64,000 nt of DNA from a virus. The notes beneath the pieces were generated by a model. That model worked only from the letters and a program-made list of their open reading frames with translations. It was not told the origin of the DNA and made no database searches. Position 1 is the stretch's first letter; each line of letters starts with the position of its first letter. Both the position numbers and the translations under genes were made by a program. Below, one piece after another: positions 45,957 to 56,308 of the stretch. Location of the stretch: the IMG/VR virus record IMGVR_UViG_3300009177_000720; one strand, given 5' to 3'.

Positions 45957-46622
45957 TTAGAGGGACAATATAGATTTTACAACTTTTTCGTCAAGGGCCT
46001 CGGTATTATTGTATAAATAATTTATAGCCTTGAACTGATCTTTCCAAAATTGCTTGTCCTCAGCTTTTCTGGATAATAGATCTTGTAATTCAGAATAATA
46101 TATCTTTTTCTTTTTGAACAATCCGTGAGCGACCAAAGTAACTGCATCCCAGTTATCTTGAAGCTCCTGATTGATACCCTTGATTAATTTCTGCTTGTAG
46201 TTGTATCTCTTACGGCCAGGCTCAACCAAATTATATTTTTGGAAGAGAGCGGCTGCTTCGTTTATATCGCAGGAAGAACCCTCTCTTAAAAACATCGGAA
46301 ACCTATCGGAACCCGAAATCATCTTGAAATGGTGCTTTTCTGCAACTAAACCTGCGTAAGATAAGCCGATTTCGGCATGAAGTCTCTCATTAAACAAGAC
46401 AGGATCTTCGATCTCTGCAATGTCTTTAGGGTGATCATAATGAGTAAAGCCCTCGATTCTCTTGGACTTTTTGACTTCAAAGACGGAAACTGACTCAATT
46501 TTGATACAATGTAGTAGGCCATATACTGTATGTCCGGCCTCATGGTATGCTGTAGAAATTAATTCATGGGTCTCGTGAAACTTTTTCCTTATGTTTCCAA
46601 TACCTGCACTGCTGTTTGCCAT
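45957..46622 (-). CDS. Stand-alone peptidase M41 (FtsH protease domain) protein
   Basis: TAYHEAGHTV (HExxH), YAGLVAE, GSSCDINEA; no AAA or TM domain. Confidence 0.75.
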   Translation of the reverse strand: MANSSAGIGNIRKKFHETHELISTAYHEAGHTVYGLLHCIKIESVSVFEVKKSKRIEGFTHYDHPKDIAEIEDPVLFNERLHAEIGLSYAGLVAEKHHFKMISGSDRFPMFLREGSSCDINEAAALFQKYNLVEPGRKRYNYKQKLIKGINQELQDNWDAVTLVAHGLFKKKKIYYSELQDLLSRKAEDKQFWKDQFKAINYLYNNTEALDEKVVKSILSL

Positions 46623-46625
46623 AGC

Positions 46626-46910
46626 TCACCCCATTTGCTGAAGTAACACCTCCAAATCATTTAGTTTTTGGGCGCAATCAGCATGTTTGTGCTTACAATT
46701 GACGGACAATCTATCAGACCCAATTGGACCCGTCAAATTAAAGTCCGGATTATCCACATATAGGATTCCGGCTTTTGTAAAGTGAGGAGACTCAATAAAA
46801 CCATTTTTGAGAAGAAAAGCTAAGAACTCAGCGCTCAATGGGCCATCCGTTTTAAAGATAACGGCCGTTCTTCCACAGCAGGCTTGAATGGAGAACCTTT
46901 GAATTTTCAT
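46626..46910 (-). CDS. Hypothetical protein
   Basis: 94 aa ORF in operon. Confidence 0.55.
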   Translation of the reverse strand: MKIQRFSIQACCGRTAVIFKTDGPLSAEFLAFLLKNGFIESPHFTKAGILYVDNPDFNLTGPIGSDRLSVNCKHKHADCAQKLNDLEVLLQQMG

Positions 46911-46911
46911 C

Positions 46912-47229
46912 TTAATCCTTATTGTCTAATTCAACACCCTTACCCTCTAACAAGAACAAGGCGTACTTGATCTTGGCAGTCTGTACTTTCAAAGCATCTC
47001 GATAGGGTTCGGAATATTCCTTAACCAAGTCTTTAGCGCCACTCAACTTAATGTCAGCGGCCTTCTCTTGATCAATAGTATAAATATTACCTTCACAAGT
47101 AATAATTATCTTCTTCAAATCATCCACACCAGCAGCATCGGCAATATCCTTAAACTCTGGAAGCTTATCGATTACCTTTGCAAACTTCTCGGGAAACGTC
47201 ACCGGGGCTTGTCCGTCTTTCTTACTCAT
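46912..47229 (-). CDS. Hypothetical helical protein
   Basis: 105 aa ORF in operon. Confidence 0.55.
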   Translation of the reverse strand: MSKKDGQAPVTFPEKFAKVIDKLPEFKDIADAAGVDDLKKIIITCEGNIYTIDQEKAADIKLSGAKDLVKEYSEPYRDALKVQTAKIKYALFLLEGKGVELDNKD

Positions 47230-47241
47230 CGTCCAATCTCC

Positions 47242-48489
47242 TTATTCAATAATCTGAACTGTCTTATTAATAAAATCTATCGTATGCTCATCTCTAATTC
47301 TAGAGAAAAGAATTTGTAGATATCCTGTCTTATTCATTTGTTCAATGACTTCATCTAATGGCTTATCGATTCTTGTCTTAGCTAAGTTTTGTTTGATGAC
47401 TTCAAAGACTTCCTGATCCGTTAATTGTGCTTCTGGATTTTCTTCTCTGATCTTGTCAAGGATAAGTGATAGCTTAACATTTCTTTCGGCTAACTCTAAG
47501 AATCTTTCCTTATCAGAATCATCAATGGCATTCCAATCCATTTGTGAATTGTGAGCTAAGTACTGCGCCTCTGATAAGCTCATCCAATTTGGAACATCAA
47601 TCTTATTATCTGCTACCAATTTAGAGGTAACTGCATTAGCAAGAGCGGCTTTGTATTTGTTTTGAATGCTGGCTGTAGCAGTCCCGCGAACGAATTCGCG
47701 GACTTCGTCCATATCTTTTCGGCCTAGTTTAGCAGCCAAAGTCTCATCCAAAGGACATGGCGTAACTTTAGATCCCATTACCAAGGTAACCTTAACATGG
47801 ACATTTTTGCCAGTCAAAGATGGTAAAGAGCCTTCCGGTACTTTTACGTCAAACTCACGGGTTTCACCCAAGGTCATTCCCAAAATGTTATCATCAAACT
47901 GACTAACATTGCTATTGCCAACGGTAAGCATTTCCCCAGTAGCGCAGAGATTTGCCACCTTCTCACCATCAACAAAACCTTCATAGTCAATAATGATGCT
48001 ATCACCGGTTTGAACAAACTCTTCTTCAGTATAAGGAGCTGCTTCACCGAATTTGCATCGTACCTCTTGTAGGATTCTTTCGCCTACAACGATTTCACTC
48101 TCTGGCTCGTGTGGCTTTGGAATTTGGAAATTGGTATAAGGCGCCAATTCAAAATTAGGCTTACTGTGCAATTCAAATTCACAAGTAAACTTTCCATCCG
48201 CTAGGAGCAAAGTATTAAAACGGGGCGGGCCATGTGGCTTAATCTTCTTTTCGAAAAGAGTATTATGGTAAGCGTCCTCAGCCAAAGCTCTCTTTAAAGA
48301 GTCTTCAATTTGAGTTCGGTAATGAACTTTAATGGCATCGAGCGAAGCTTTACCCTGACGAAACCCTGGAACAGGAGCCTTCTTAAAGTGATTAAGAATC
48401 TCACCGCGCTTATCCAAAATCTCGGCAGCATCAGCTACATAGTGAACTGTTAACTTACAAGGCTCATTTTCTGTAATTTCAATTTGCAT
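47242..48489 (-). CDS. tig: Trigger factor
   Basis: Ribosome-binding VPGFRQGK, FKBP domain (GDSIIIDYEGFVDGE...FDDNILGMTLGETREF), C-terminal SurA-like domain. Confidence 0.88.
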   Translation of the reverse strand: MQIEITENEPCKLTVHYVADAAEILDKRGEILNHFKKAPVPGFRQGKASLDAIKVHYRTQIEDSLKRALAEDAYHNTLFEKKIKPHGPPRFNTLLLADGKFTCEFELHSKPNFELAPYTNFQIPKPHEPESEIVVGERILQEVRCKFGEAAPYTEEEFVQTGDSIIIDYEGFVDGEKVANLCATGEMLTVGNSNVSQFDDNILGMTLGETREFDVKVPEGSLPSLTGKNVHVKVTLVMGSKVTPCPLDETLAAKLGRKDMDEVREFVRGTATASIQNKYKAALANAVTSKLVADNKIDVPNWMSLSEAQYLAHNSQMDWNAIDDSDKERFLELAERNVKLSLILDKIREENPEAQLTDQEVFEVIKQNLAKTRIDKPLDEVIEQMNKTGYLQILFSRIRDEHTIDFINKTVQIIE

Positions 48490-48499
48490 GTGGGTCCTC

Positions 48500-49288
48500 T
48501 TACCAACTTACTTCGCCATATATATTTTGATTGAAAGCTTTTGACTTTCCCTCAGGGCATCTATCTAGATAGTCACAAAAATTACATAACACAGTAGGAT
48601 TTGGTTTAAAATCTTTTTCTGTAGTCATTTGACGAACATACTCTACATATTTATCTTGCACTTGCAAGACTTCATCTTTGGTAAATTCTGTAGTAATATA
48701 TTCAAAATCATGTCTCAATAAAATGTAGGACGCCCTAACTTTTGTAATGCTGGGATCCTCTGACATTATAACGAAGGCATAGGTCAGCAATTGGAAAAAA
48801 TCATCCTTCAGATATTTTTTATTTTTGACCGTTTTGTAGTCACCAACGTGGATTACATTATCCGCATCAATCTCGATTCTGTCAATTGCTCCGTTTAAGA
48901 TAATATTTTCAGCGACCGCTAATTCAAATCTTTTTTCTACAGCAATTACATTTGCTGGAGGGGCGCCATTATTTTTCTCAATTGAGATTTTTCTCAAATA
49001 CTTATCGATGATGGCCCAACAATCTTTCTTCATTTCGGGCGTCATCTTGTCTTTATATTCGACGAGCGCTTTCTTGAAAGAATCTCCCATTACAATATTA
49101 AAGGGTAAAAGACATCCTTCTAAATATGCTTTGTGAAACTCTTCTAAAACCATATGACAGAATTTACCAAAAATATGGAAATCCCAATCTTTACGAGGTA
49201 GCTTTTCTACATAGCAATATTTGAATTTAGCTTTGCAATCAATAAATGTTTTAGTCTTACTAACAGAGACGCGAAAATCTTCTGCCAT
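48500..49288 (-). CDS. PD-(D/E)XK nuclease, Cas4/RecB-like
   Basis: SVSKTKTFIDC, FGKFCHMVLE, GAIDRI...GDYKT, QLLTYA, CNFCDYLDRC (four-Cys staple). Confidence 0.85.
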   Translation of the reverse strand: MAEDFRVSVSKTKTFIDCKAKFKYCYVEKLPRKDWDFHIFGKFCHMVLEEFHKAYLEGCLLPFNIVMGDSFKKALVEYKDKMTPEMKKDCWAIIDKYLRKISIEKNNGAPPANVIAVEKRFELAVAENIILNGAIDRIEIDADNVIHVGDYKTVKNKKYLKDDFFQLLTYAFVIMSEDPSITKVRASYILLRHDFEYITTEFTKDEVLQVQDKYVEYVRQMTTEKDFKPNPTVLCNFCDYLDRCPEGKSKAFNQNIYGEVSW

Positions 49289-49319
49289 ATTTATATCTTT
49301 TCGTTTAATGTGTAATAAC

Positions 49320-49328
49320 TATATATCG
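49320..49328 (-). promoter_or_regulatory. Putative promoter motif CGATATATA
   Basis: Intergenic, 31 nt upstream of the nuclease gene. Confidence 0.45.
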
Positions 49329-49342
49329 CTGGCAGAATTTTT

Positions 49343-50335
49343 TTAGAAAAGAACTCTTCTAGTAAATGGAAGCCATTCAAAAACAAACCCGGCGCCCGCA
49401 CGTTTGGAAAGGGCAATGCCTGCCAAATTTCCATCGAAAGAGCCCGTTGGACTGTATGGGGCGGTAGAAATAATCCACTTGTTAGTCCAAGTATCTAGAT
49501 AGTAATAAGTAATCTGATTGGTCCTTGGGTTGTAGTGGGATCTTAAGAAAGATCCGCTAACTGGAGGAGAATCTAATCCGCTGTTAAAGTAATGGTTACC
49601 ATCACGAACCTTCTCTGGATCTTCTAGAGAAAAATGCATTCTATTAATGTGTGGAGGATCATCTGGATTTTCAGTCGAAGCATCCTGGAAAATAACGAAA
49701 GCTCGTGGGTCAAATAAATTGCTGTTCTGATTAGTCGTATCAGGAGGCGGAATCTCAGGCTCTATTTTTACGTTTGCTGGTAAGGTACCTACACCAAGTC
49801 CCGTTTGCCCTTCACTATCCGTAGTAGAGTATTTAATACTATAGTTGGTACTATCATAAGGTTCATTGGTGAATGCTGCTGGATTACCATCCGCATCAAA
49901 TCCAGTAGGAGTGGATGGAAGGGCTGGATTGTTAACAGTGATTCCTGCTTGAGCGGGATTCTCAAAACCAGCGTTCGGTTGAATTGGGTTGGTACCAAAA
50001 GGATACAAATCTGGAATATTGGCCTCAGCCTGAGCGTCAGTAGCTGAACGAGGTAATCGGGCATTAGTTCCCTCAGCCATATTTGTAAGATAGGTTTCAC
50101 TTACAATTGGTGAGGAGTCTACCCCGTTGGTAGCAAGAATGTTTAAAATAACGCTGAGCTTATCGGTGGGCAAAAAGAGTGGCCCAGTATACATGGCAGA
50201 GAAAAGTGTAGGGACACTTCCGTCTAGAGTGTAAAAAATAGAAGCTGGGACATTTGTAGAAATAGCAACCGTTTTTGGAATGCCTGCTATTACTTGCTCT
50301 TCCGATGCTGTCACCGTAACACTGATAACTACCAT
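49343..50335 (-). CDS. Protein with N-terminal chitobiase/Fn3-associated Ig-like domain
   Basis: ASIFYTLDGSVPT...YTGPL signature. Confidence 0.65.
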   Translation of the reverse strand: MVVISVTVTASEEQVIAGIPKTVAISTNVPASIFYTLDGSVPTLFSAMYTGPLFLPTDKLSVILNILATNGVDSSPIVSETYLTNMAEGTNARLPRSATDAQAEANIPDLYPFGTNPIQPNAGFENPAQAGITVNNPALPSTPTGFDADGNPAAFTNEPYDSTNYSIKYSTTDSEGQTGLGVGTLPANVKIEPEIPPPDTTNQNSNLFDPRAFVIFQDASTENPDDPPHINRMHFSLEDPEKVRDGNHYFNSGLDSPPVSGSFLRSHYNPRTNQITYYYLDTWTNKWIISTAPYSPTGSFDGNLAGIALSKRAGAGFVFEWLPFTRRVLF

Positions 50336-50336
50336 A

Positions 50337-50651
50337 TTAAACCATATTTAGAAATTTTGCGTTAGGAGCGGTCATATTTTTCTTCAGCATAATGCGGTAG
50401 ATTCTATGAGCTGCTTTACGGAGCATTTTGGCTATACTAAGATAAACCTCGTCTCCTTCCCTTCTATACAAAATTATGAACCTATCGTGATAGTCCAAAT
50501 ATTCTAAATGTGGGGGAATACCCTTGTAGATGCCTTTATCGATAAGAATAAGCTTTTGCAGGGCCAAAAATATAATAGAACGGTAGAATTTTTGTTCTCC
50601 GTTGGCTACGTATTTTGGAAGAAAATCTTCCTTTAAACCCTCAATACTCAT
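50337..50651 (-). CDS. Hypothetical protein
   Basis: 104 aa ORF. Confidence 0.55.
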   Translation of the reverse strand: MSIEGLKEDFLPKYVANGEQKFYRSIIFLALQKLILIDKGIYKGIPPHLEYLDYHDRFIILYRREGDEVYLSIAKMLRKAAHRIYRIMLKKNMTAPNAKFLNMV

Positions 50652-50679
50652 CTTAGTTAGATGCCCAAATATACGTTGA

Positions 50680-51303
50680 TTACGGTTCCAACTTTATTTG
50701 TTCAGATATTTTTCTGGCCTCTTTTATAAGATCGTTTAATGTGCCGTTATTGTTGACAATGTAATTAAATTCACTGTCAAGAATTCCGTCCTGATTGGTT
50801 TCACTTACGTCGTTAATCTTGGTATGGGAATCCCTTAAAAGTCGTATCTGATAGAACCCAGCTTGATTCAAATAATCAAACTCATTACGGAATCTACAAT
50901 CAGTGACAACGACAACTTTGGTTTTCCCCTTAACTAGTTTATTAACCCTATGCTCAAGATTACGAATCCAAAGATCGGATTGATACTTACGACCAAAATC
51001 ATTTCCCAGATCAATCAGGAGCTGCCTAACAGTTAAAGGGACTCCATCCTTAAAAGCGCCGGGAATCACTTCTGCACGAAACTTAGAAGCTCCGTAAAGC
51101 CACTTGCGCGGAATTTGCGGGAATGCTAAGCGAGCCATCTTCTTGAGCGGGTCGGCAAAGGCAATGTATTTGGTACGTTCTTTAGTGCTATAGATTTTGT
51201 GTTCTAGAGTAAGTCTCTCATGAAGATGATCGACTATAAGTTTGCCTAAAGTATTCTTTCCAGAATTAGCCTTACCAGTTATTGCAATCTTATACATCCG
51301 CAC
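50680..51303 (-). CDS. Deoxynucleoside monophosphate kinase (T4 gp1-like)
   Basis: ITGKANSGKNT, FADPLK, RQLLIDLG, VTDCRFRNE, NNGTLNDL. Confidence 0.85.
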   Translation of the reverse strand: MRMYKIAITGKANSGKNTLGKLIVDHLHERLTLEHKIYSTKERTKYIAFADPLKKMARLAFPQIPRKWLYGASKFRAEVIPGAFKDGVPLTVRQLLIDLGNDFGRKYQSDLWIRNLEHRVNKLVKGKTKVVVVTDCRFRNEFDYLNQAGFYQIRLLRDSHTKINDVSETNQDGILDSEFNYIVNNNGTLNDLIKEARKISEQIKLEP

Positions 51304-51306
51304 TCC

Positions 51307-53535
51307 TTACCAAGAGGAAACAACTCTTGCTCGGGATACCATATTGATATCTTGTTCGACCAATATAGCATGCGAGAATTTATCTTTTAAACGATCGTTA
51401 TGAGTAATAATTAAGATTGTGAAGTCCTTCTGGAAAAACTTTACAATATCGGCAAAAGCGTCTACGCTTGCCTTATCTAGAGATTGATCAATTTCATCTA
51501 GTAGAAGAAACTTAATATCAGTTCCAATCATCTTCTGTAGCAAAAAGGATAGTCCTAACTTAAGGCTAAAAGCTACCGCTAGCTGCATGGCTCCCGATAA
51601 TTGTTTGTAATATCTTTCCTTACCATTGATATGGTAATTGATGTCCAAAGTATCTGCCTGGTCACCATCGCCTTTGGTTTTTTCAACTGAAAATGACAAC
51701 TGAAGCCCTGGCTTTAGTTGGGCTAATAAATTATTAGACTCGGCCTGAAGATCGTCCAGAACGTTTTGAATTATAAGATTAGGAATGCCGGTAGAGGAAA
51801 ACGCTTGAATAACAGAAGGGTAAACACTAATCTTAGATTCTAAGTCTAGTAAAGAGGTTTTAAGCTCTTCTTTCTTTTGTTTATCTTTAGTCTTTTGATC
51901 AATAGTGTGCTTAACAACTGCTTTGTTGCTATTATAGTGGCTAATTTCTTTGTTAAGCATAGCAATTTTACCCACTATAGTGGTAATTTTTGCCTTCTCT
52001 TCCTCAATCTGGGCCTTGATAGCCTTAGACTCTTCAAGCGAAGAGTTTTTAAGTTCTTCCTTTACCTGGTCCAATTCCTCAGACTTAATCTTAGCTTCAT
52101 TAGTGAATTTCTTTAGAAGCTCTGAATATTCTTCATGTAGGGCAGACTTATCCTGAATTTCTTTATTTTTAGCAGCAATTTTAGTATTAATAGACTCAAG
52201 CTGCTGCTTGGAGAGGTTCAAACTGTTGACAGTCTGTTGATGCTTAAGTATTTCGGCGTTAAGGTTTGCAATAGCCAACTTTGACTCTTGCATAGAGCCC
52301 TGGCAGTTCTTCATTTCTTCAGCGATATGTTCTTTGTGCTGGGCCCTATCCTTATCGGTCATAGGCTTACGACAATTCTTACATACACTACCACTAGGTA
52401 ATGGTATTTTTAGTTCCTCATATGCTTCCATCTTATTCTGGATGTTAACATTATTATGAGTAACCTTTTCCTTAAGGGCCGCTACTTGCTCAGAAATAAT
52501 TTCTATTTGAGAGAAATCTTTTTCAAACAGTTTAGTTTGTTCGACTTTAAGGGCCTTAATTTCGTCAATCAATTCCCGAGCAGACTTTGCTATGTTAGCT
52601 TTTTTGGATTGATACTCTTTAACTGAAGTCTCTAGTTTGGACTTCTCGGCAGAGATAGCTGTTTCTTTTAGGAGAAGGTTAGCGAACTTACTTTCGATAG
52701 CGGTGTGAGTATTCGTTAGTTCAGTAACTTTTTCTGAATAAATAGCCTGTTCAGCAGTGGCCTCTGATAATAGTTTATTCTTTTCAGCAAGGGTAGCTTC
52801 AGCCACCGCCAACTGTGATTCTAAATCAATTAGCTCGTTGTGTGGATCGCCTATATTTTCGAGCAGGACTTTCTTTTTCTCAATTTCTTTGGCAAGAGCG
52901 CTAGATTTATCTTTGGCTAGTTTTTCTAACTTAGTATAGACCAATAAATTCAAGGCTTCTTTAAGAATGCCTTTGCGCTTCTCGGGCGTGACGGTTGGCA
53001 GTCCAGCCATATCATTCTGCGGAAAGAGGGCGGTACTTACAAAAGACTTATGATTTATCTTGATAAGTTTTGCTAAATCCTTTTCGGTATCACCTGCGCG
53101 ACTACCCGACAAGTCTTTCCAATATTTTTCTACCTTCTTTTTCCCAAGAAGGGGAATTTCATGACCAGAAACAATAGTATGGTAAACTTCTTCAGTTGAG
53201 CCATCCTGGCCATTACGCTGAAGTAGGGTTAGGTCGGTACTTCCCTTTTTGGTACGCTTTCGAGAAAGACGGTACTCCTGATCGCCAATCAGGAAATCCA
53301 TAACTACTTGACATGCATCCGTATCATCCCTAATAAGGCGCTCAAGCGGGACATCAGCCTCATTAAAAAGAACATATTCAATAGCTCCAAAGATAGTGCT
53401 TTTGCCAACACCATTGGAATACATATCATTGTTTTCTTTTTGACCTACAATAAGGGCCGCACTGAACTCCGTAAAATCTATAAATCCATGCTCATAGCAT
53501 GCGAAATTTTCAATGTAGAGTCTAAGTGGTTTCAT
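51307..53535 (-). CDS. sbcC: SbcC/Rad50 (gp46-like) ATPase
   Basis: NGVGKST, coiled coil with CKNC zinc hook, LSGA signature, LLLDEID, IITH. Confidence 0.9.
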   Translation of the reverse strand: MKPLRLYIENFACYEHGFIDFTEFSAALIVGQKENNDMYSNGVGKSTIFGAIEYVLFNEADVPLERLIRDDTDACQVVMDFLIGDQEYRLSRKRTKKGSTDLTLLQRNGQDGSTEEVYHTIVSGHEIPLLGKKKVEKYWKDLSGSRAGDTEKDLAKLIKINHKSFVSTALFPQNDMAGLPTVTPEKRKGILKEALNLLVYTKLEKLAKDKSSALAKEIEKKKVLLENIGDPHNELIDLESQLAVAEATLAEKNKLLSEATAEQAIYSEKVTELTNTHTAIESKFANLLLKETAISAEKSKLETSVKEYQSKKANIAKSARELIDEIKALKVEQTKLFEKDFSQIEIISEQVAALKEKVTHNNVNIQNKMEAYEELKIPLPSGSVCKNCRKPMTDKDRAQHKEHIAEEMKNCQGSMQESKLAIANLNAEILKHQQTVNSLNLSKQQLESINTKIAAKNKEIQDKSALHEEYSELLKKFTNEAKIKSEELDQVKEELKNSSLEESKAIKAQIEEEKAKITTIVGKIAMLNKEISHYNSNKAVVKHTIDQKTKDKQKKEELKTSLLDLESKISVYPSVIQAFSSTGIPNLIIQNVLDDLQAESNNLLAQLKPGLQLSFSVEKTKGDGDQADTLDINYHINGKERYYKQLSGAMQLAVAFSLKLGLSFLLQKMIGTDIKFLLLDEIDQSLDKASVDAFADIVKFFQKDFTILIITHNDRLKDKFSHAILVEQDINMVSRARVVSSW

Positions 53536-54746
53536 TCTTTACCCTCAGCTTTGTAGGAGCTATAGATTTCCATTGCTAATTCTGTAAATGCATCCCGCAT
53601 AGTTGCATCCACGTACGTCTGTGCGTACGTTTTGATGGCGGAAGTGACATCCATCTTAGTGTCAATGGTGTTATTATTATCTCTCTTGACCAAAGCAATT
53701 TTCTTCGACTCGGAAATACCGGTCACATAGAATACGCCTTGAGAGGTCAAATAACTCTCTATAGATGATTTATTAATTGATTTAAGCTCTGGAGCAGAAA
53801 GGGATACCTCAACTCTAACAATAGACTTATCCCAAGCGTCTATTTTCTTAAGCTCTTCTAAAACATAGTTGGTACTATCTTCAGTGTCCTTTGGAACAAC
53901 GATATTTACCTTCTTAAGGTTTCTAGTAGGGAGGTGTTTAGTTGACCATATTTCAGAAGTTTCCGGATCAATCTCTTGGTGCAGACTAATATCTACGATA
54001 AACTTTTTGTGATCGGTTTCTCCGAAATTTGAAATGTCCATGCTGCCGATATGGGCAATATATGGATTTTTCTTTTTCATCACTTGGGGCTTATGAACGT
54101 GGCCCATCCAAACGTAATCGTACCCATTAAACATATCCAATGGGCAAAATAATTCGTTGGCTAGATCGTCGATTTCATCGCCAATAGGGATGGAGCCATC
54201 AATGGCCAAATGTCCAATCAAAATTTTCTTGTAAGTAATCGGAATGCCCGCTAACTCGTAGATAAGACTATCTCGTATTATCTTAACAGCTTCATCATTC
54301 GAACTTACGCCAAAGGACTTCCTATCTCGGAATGGGACCAAGGTAAAAGCACACGTACCCAACAGGATAGTGTTGATATCCTTGTACACGCTTACATTGT
54401 CTAAATCTACTTCGGCAATAATATCAAGTGGAGAAACAAAGACATTTCCACTGCGCAGCAAATCGTGATTTCCAACAATAATGTGGACGTGTACGCCGTA
54501 CACTTGACATTTCTTGAGCCAAGAGATAAATAGAGCAATCAATGATGGATGTGGTTTCGGATCCTCGAACACATCACCAGTTATGATGATGTGGTCAGCG
54601 TGGCACTCTGAAGCCTGATCCAGCGTCCAATCCAACAGGTTTATTTGGTCTGCGACCCTACTATTTAGGTTTGAGCCTACACCAGCTTTACCGATGTTGA
54701 TTCCTTTACCTAAATGCACGTCGCCAAGAATTATGGCGTGGGACAT
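53532..54746 (-). CDS. sbcD: SbcD/Mre11 (gp47-like) nuclease
   Basis: GDVHLG, TGDVFE, GNHD, GHL, MGHVHKPQ. Confidence 0.9.
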   Translation of the reverse strand: MSHAIILGDVHLGKGINIGKAGVGSNLNSRVADQINLLDWTLDQASECHADHIIITGDVFEDPKPHPSLIALFISWLKKCQVYGVHVHIIVGNHDLLRSGNVFVSPLDIIAEVDLDNVSVYKDINTILLGTCAFTLVPFRDRKSFGVSSNDEAVKIIRDSLIYELAGIPITYKKILIGHLAIDGSIPIGDEIDDLANELFCPLDMFNGYDYVWMGHVHKPQVMKKKNPYIAHIGSMDISNFGETDHKKFIVDISLHQEIDPETSEIWSTKHLPTRNLKKVNIVVPKDTEDSTNYVLEELKKIDAWDKSIVRVEVSLSAPELKSINKSSIESYLTSQGVFYVTGISESKKIALVKRDNNNTIDTKMDVTSAIKTYAQTYVDATMRDAFTELAMEIYSSYKAEGKE

Positions 54747-55357
54747 TTATATGATTTAATCTCTTCTTTCAGATATTCAACCAGGCGCCGTAACGCCTCG
54801 TTGTCTAGCTTATGTTTGAGGTTCTCGGTATCATATACCGAGCATACGTCATCAATGTGCGCTATCGCTTTTTCATCAAAATACGATCGGCGGAACTCCC
54901 TGACAGTATTGGAGAAGTCCATCATGATTTCTAATCTTTCGGAAAAATTCTCCCTATCAAGTATCTTATCTTCGTCTACATCGTCTCCGAACCACTCCAA
55001 TATCTTAAAGGCCGCTTTAGCTTTGGAAGTGTTATCCATTGCTGCTACAAGATCAGTACAGCCTACACCGGTTTTGCATCCGAAACACCAGAAAGTATTA
55101 GTGTGAGGGTAATAGTAAAAAGAGGGCGAGTTTTCACGACCTCCCTTATGAGATGGAATTGGACAAATAATCTTACGATTGCCTTCATCTAAACGAAGGC
55201 CGTAATGTTTGAATACTCGAATAATAGGAACCGTATTGGCTTTTTGAATTAGGTCTTGGTAAAAAGCTTTTCCTGGAGAAGTCGCTGAAGTATTTCCAGT
55301 CTCCCCTGGTGTCTCGCCATAGCCATCGAATCCGGTTGAATTTGATACATCGCGCAT
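54731..55357 (-). CDS. CHC2 zinc-finger protein (primase zinc-binding domain)
   Basis: CPIPSH...ENSPSF...NTFWCFGCKTG. Confidence 0.8.
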   Translation of the reverse strand: MRDVSNSTGFDGYGETPGETGNTSATSPGKAFYQDLIQKANTVPIIRVFKHYGLRLDEGNRKIICPIPSHKGGRENSPSFYYYPHTNTFWCFGCKTGVGCTDLVAAMDNTSKAKAAFKILEWFGDDVDEDKILDRENFSERLEIMMDFSNTVREFRRSYFDEKAIAHIDDVCSVYDTENLKHKLDNEALRRLVEYLKEEIKSYKCPTP

Positions 55358-55435
55358 GATTGTGAATACCTACTAAAGTTATCCTTTTCCTCAGAAATTA
55401 GAGATAGTAGAATTTCTTTAGTTATCATGGCAAAC

Positions 55436-55936
55436 TTATTCACTCTTCTTCTTAGAGTCAAGCGCTTTAGAAATTAGATCATTTAAAACGGCCGGGTCAC
55501 ATTTCTTTTCTAATTGAGTGACCATAAACTCTAATTTATTTATTTTATCTCTTTGAGCGAAACAAGTCTTCATTAACAAAGTAATCCAGCTAAGAGAACC
55601 CATGCCCTCTTTTTCATTTGGGTCATTATTGATATCAATTGCTAACTGAATCATCTGTCCTAATAGATCACGTTCCATTTCTTGTTGGAACATGTTTCTG
55701 TTTTGTGGAAGAGTTTTATCAGCTACCGCTTTGTTAAATTGAGAAGCTAAGTCAGCCGCTCTAGATTTATAGTGAGAGGCTTTCTCTTGAACTTTTTTTA
55801 CCTTGTGATCAAACTCTTCCTGAGTTGGCTTCTTAGGCATAGAGTCAAAAATTGACTTTTGAGAACTAACGTTCTTAAGACCAACTTTCTTAGAATGGCT
55901 AGAAGCCTGATCATTATCTTCTTCATCAAAAGGCAT
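55436..55936 (-). CDS. Hypothetical helical protein
   Basis: 166 aa; GAGGA RBS. Confidence 0.6.
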   Translation of the reverse strand: MPFDEEDNDQASSHSKKVGLKNVSSQKSIFDSMPKKPTQEEFDHKVKKVQEKASHYKSRAADLASQFNKAVADKTLPQNRNMFQQEMERDLLGQMIQLAIDINNDPNEKEGMGSLSWITLLMKTCFAQRDKINKLEFMVTQLEKKCDPAVLNDLISKALDSKKKSE

Positions 55937-55945
55937 AAGTCCTCA

Positions 55946-56290
55946 TTATCTTCTGGTTAGTGGTACAACGGCTCGACCTACAATTACGTATTTGTCGGCC
56001 AGTTCAACCGTGTATTTCTTTCCAATAGCAGCTTCCAAAGATGGAAGAACGGCAGTTGAATTGGTGATTAAATATAGTTTACTTGGCTCGACCACAATTG
56101 GGTGGGCATGCATGTTAACTTGTTGGTCCGGAAGGGCGAACATTTCAATGCTCTTGTCCTTAATTTCGTTCCAAATGTCACCGGCGACTGTGCCTTGCAT
56201 TTCTTGGGCAGCTTCAGCGTCACGGTCCTGTTGAGATAGGGCGGCTCTTTGTGCTAAAGTTTCGTTCGATTTATCAACCTTCTTACTCAT
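55946..56290 (-). CDS. Hypothetical protein
   Basis: 114 aa; GGAGA RBS; TGATATAT at 56326-56333. Confidence 0.6.
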   Translation of the reverse strand: MSKKVDKSNETLAQRAALSQQDRDAEAAQEMQGTVAGDIWNEIKDKSIEMFALPDQQVNMHAHPIVVEPSKLYLITNSTAVLPSLEAAIGKKYTVELADKYVIVGRAVVPLTRR

Positions 56291-56308
56291 GAAATTCTCC
56301 AGATTTAT

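Noticed and set aside
48500-49288. CRISPR-Cas system suggested by the Cas4-like nuclease
   Set aside because: No repeat-spacer array or other cas genes seen; stand-alone Cas4-like nucleases are common in phages.
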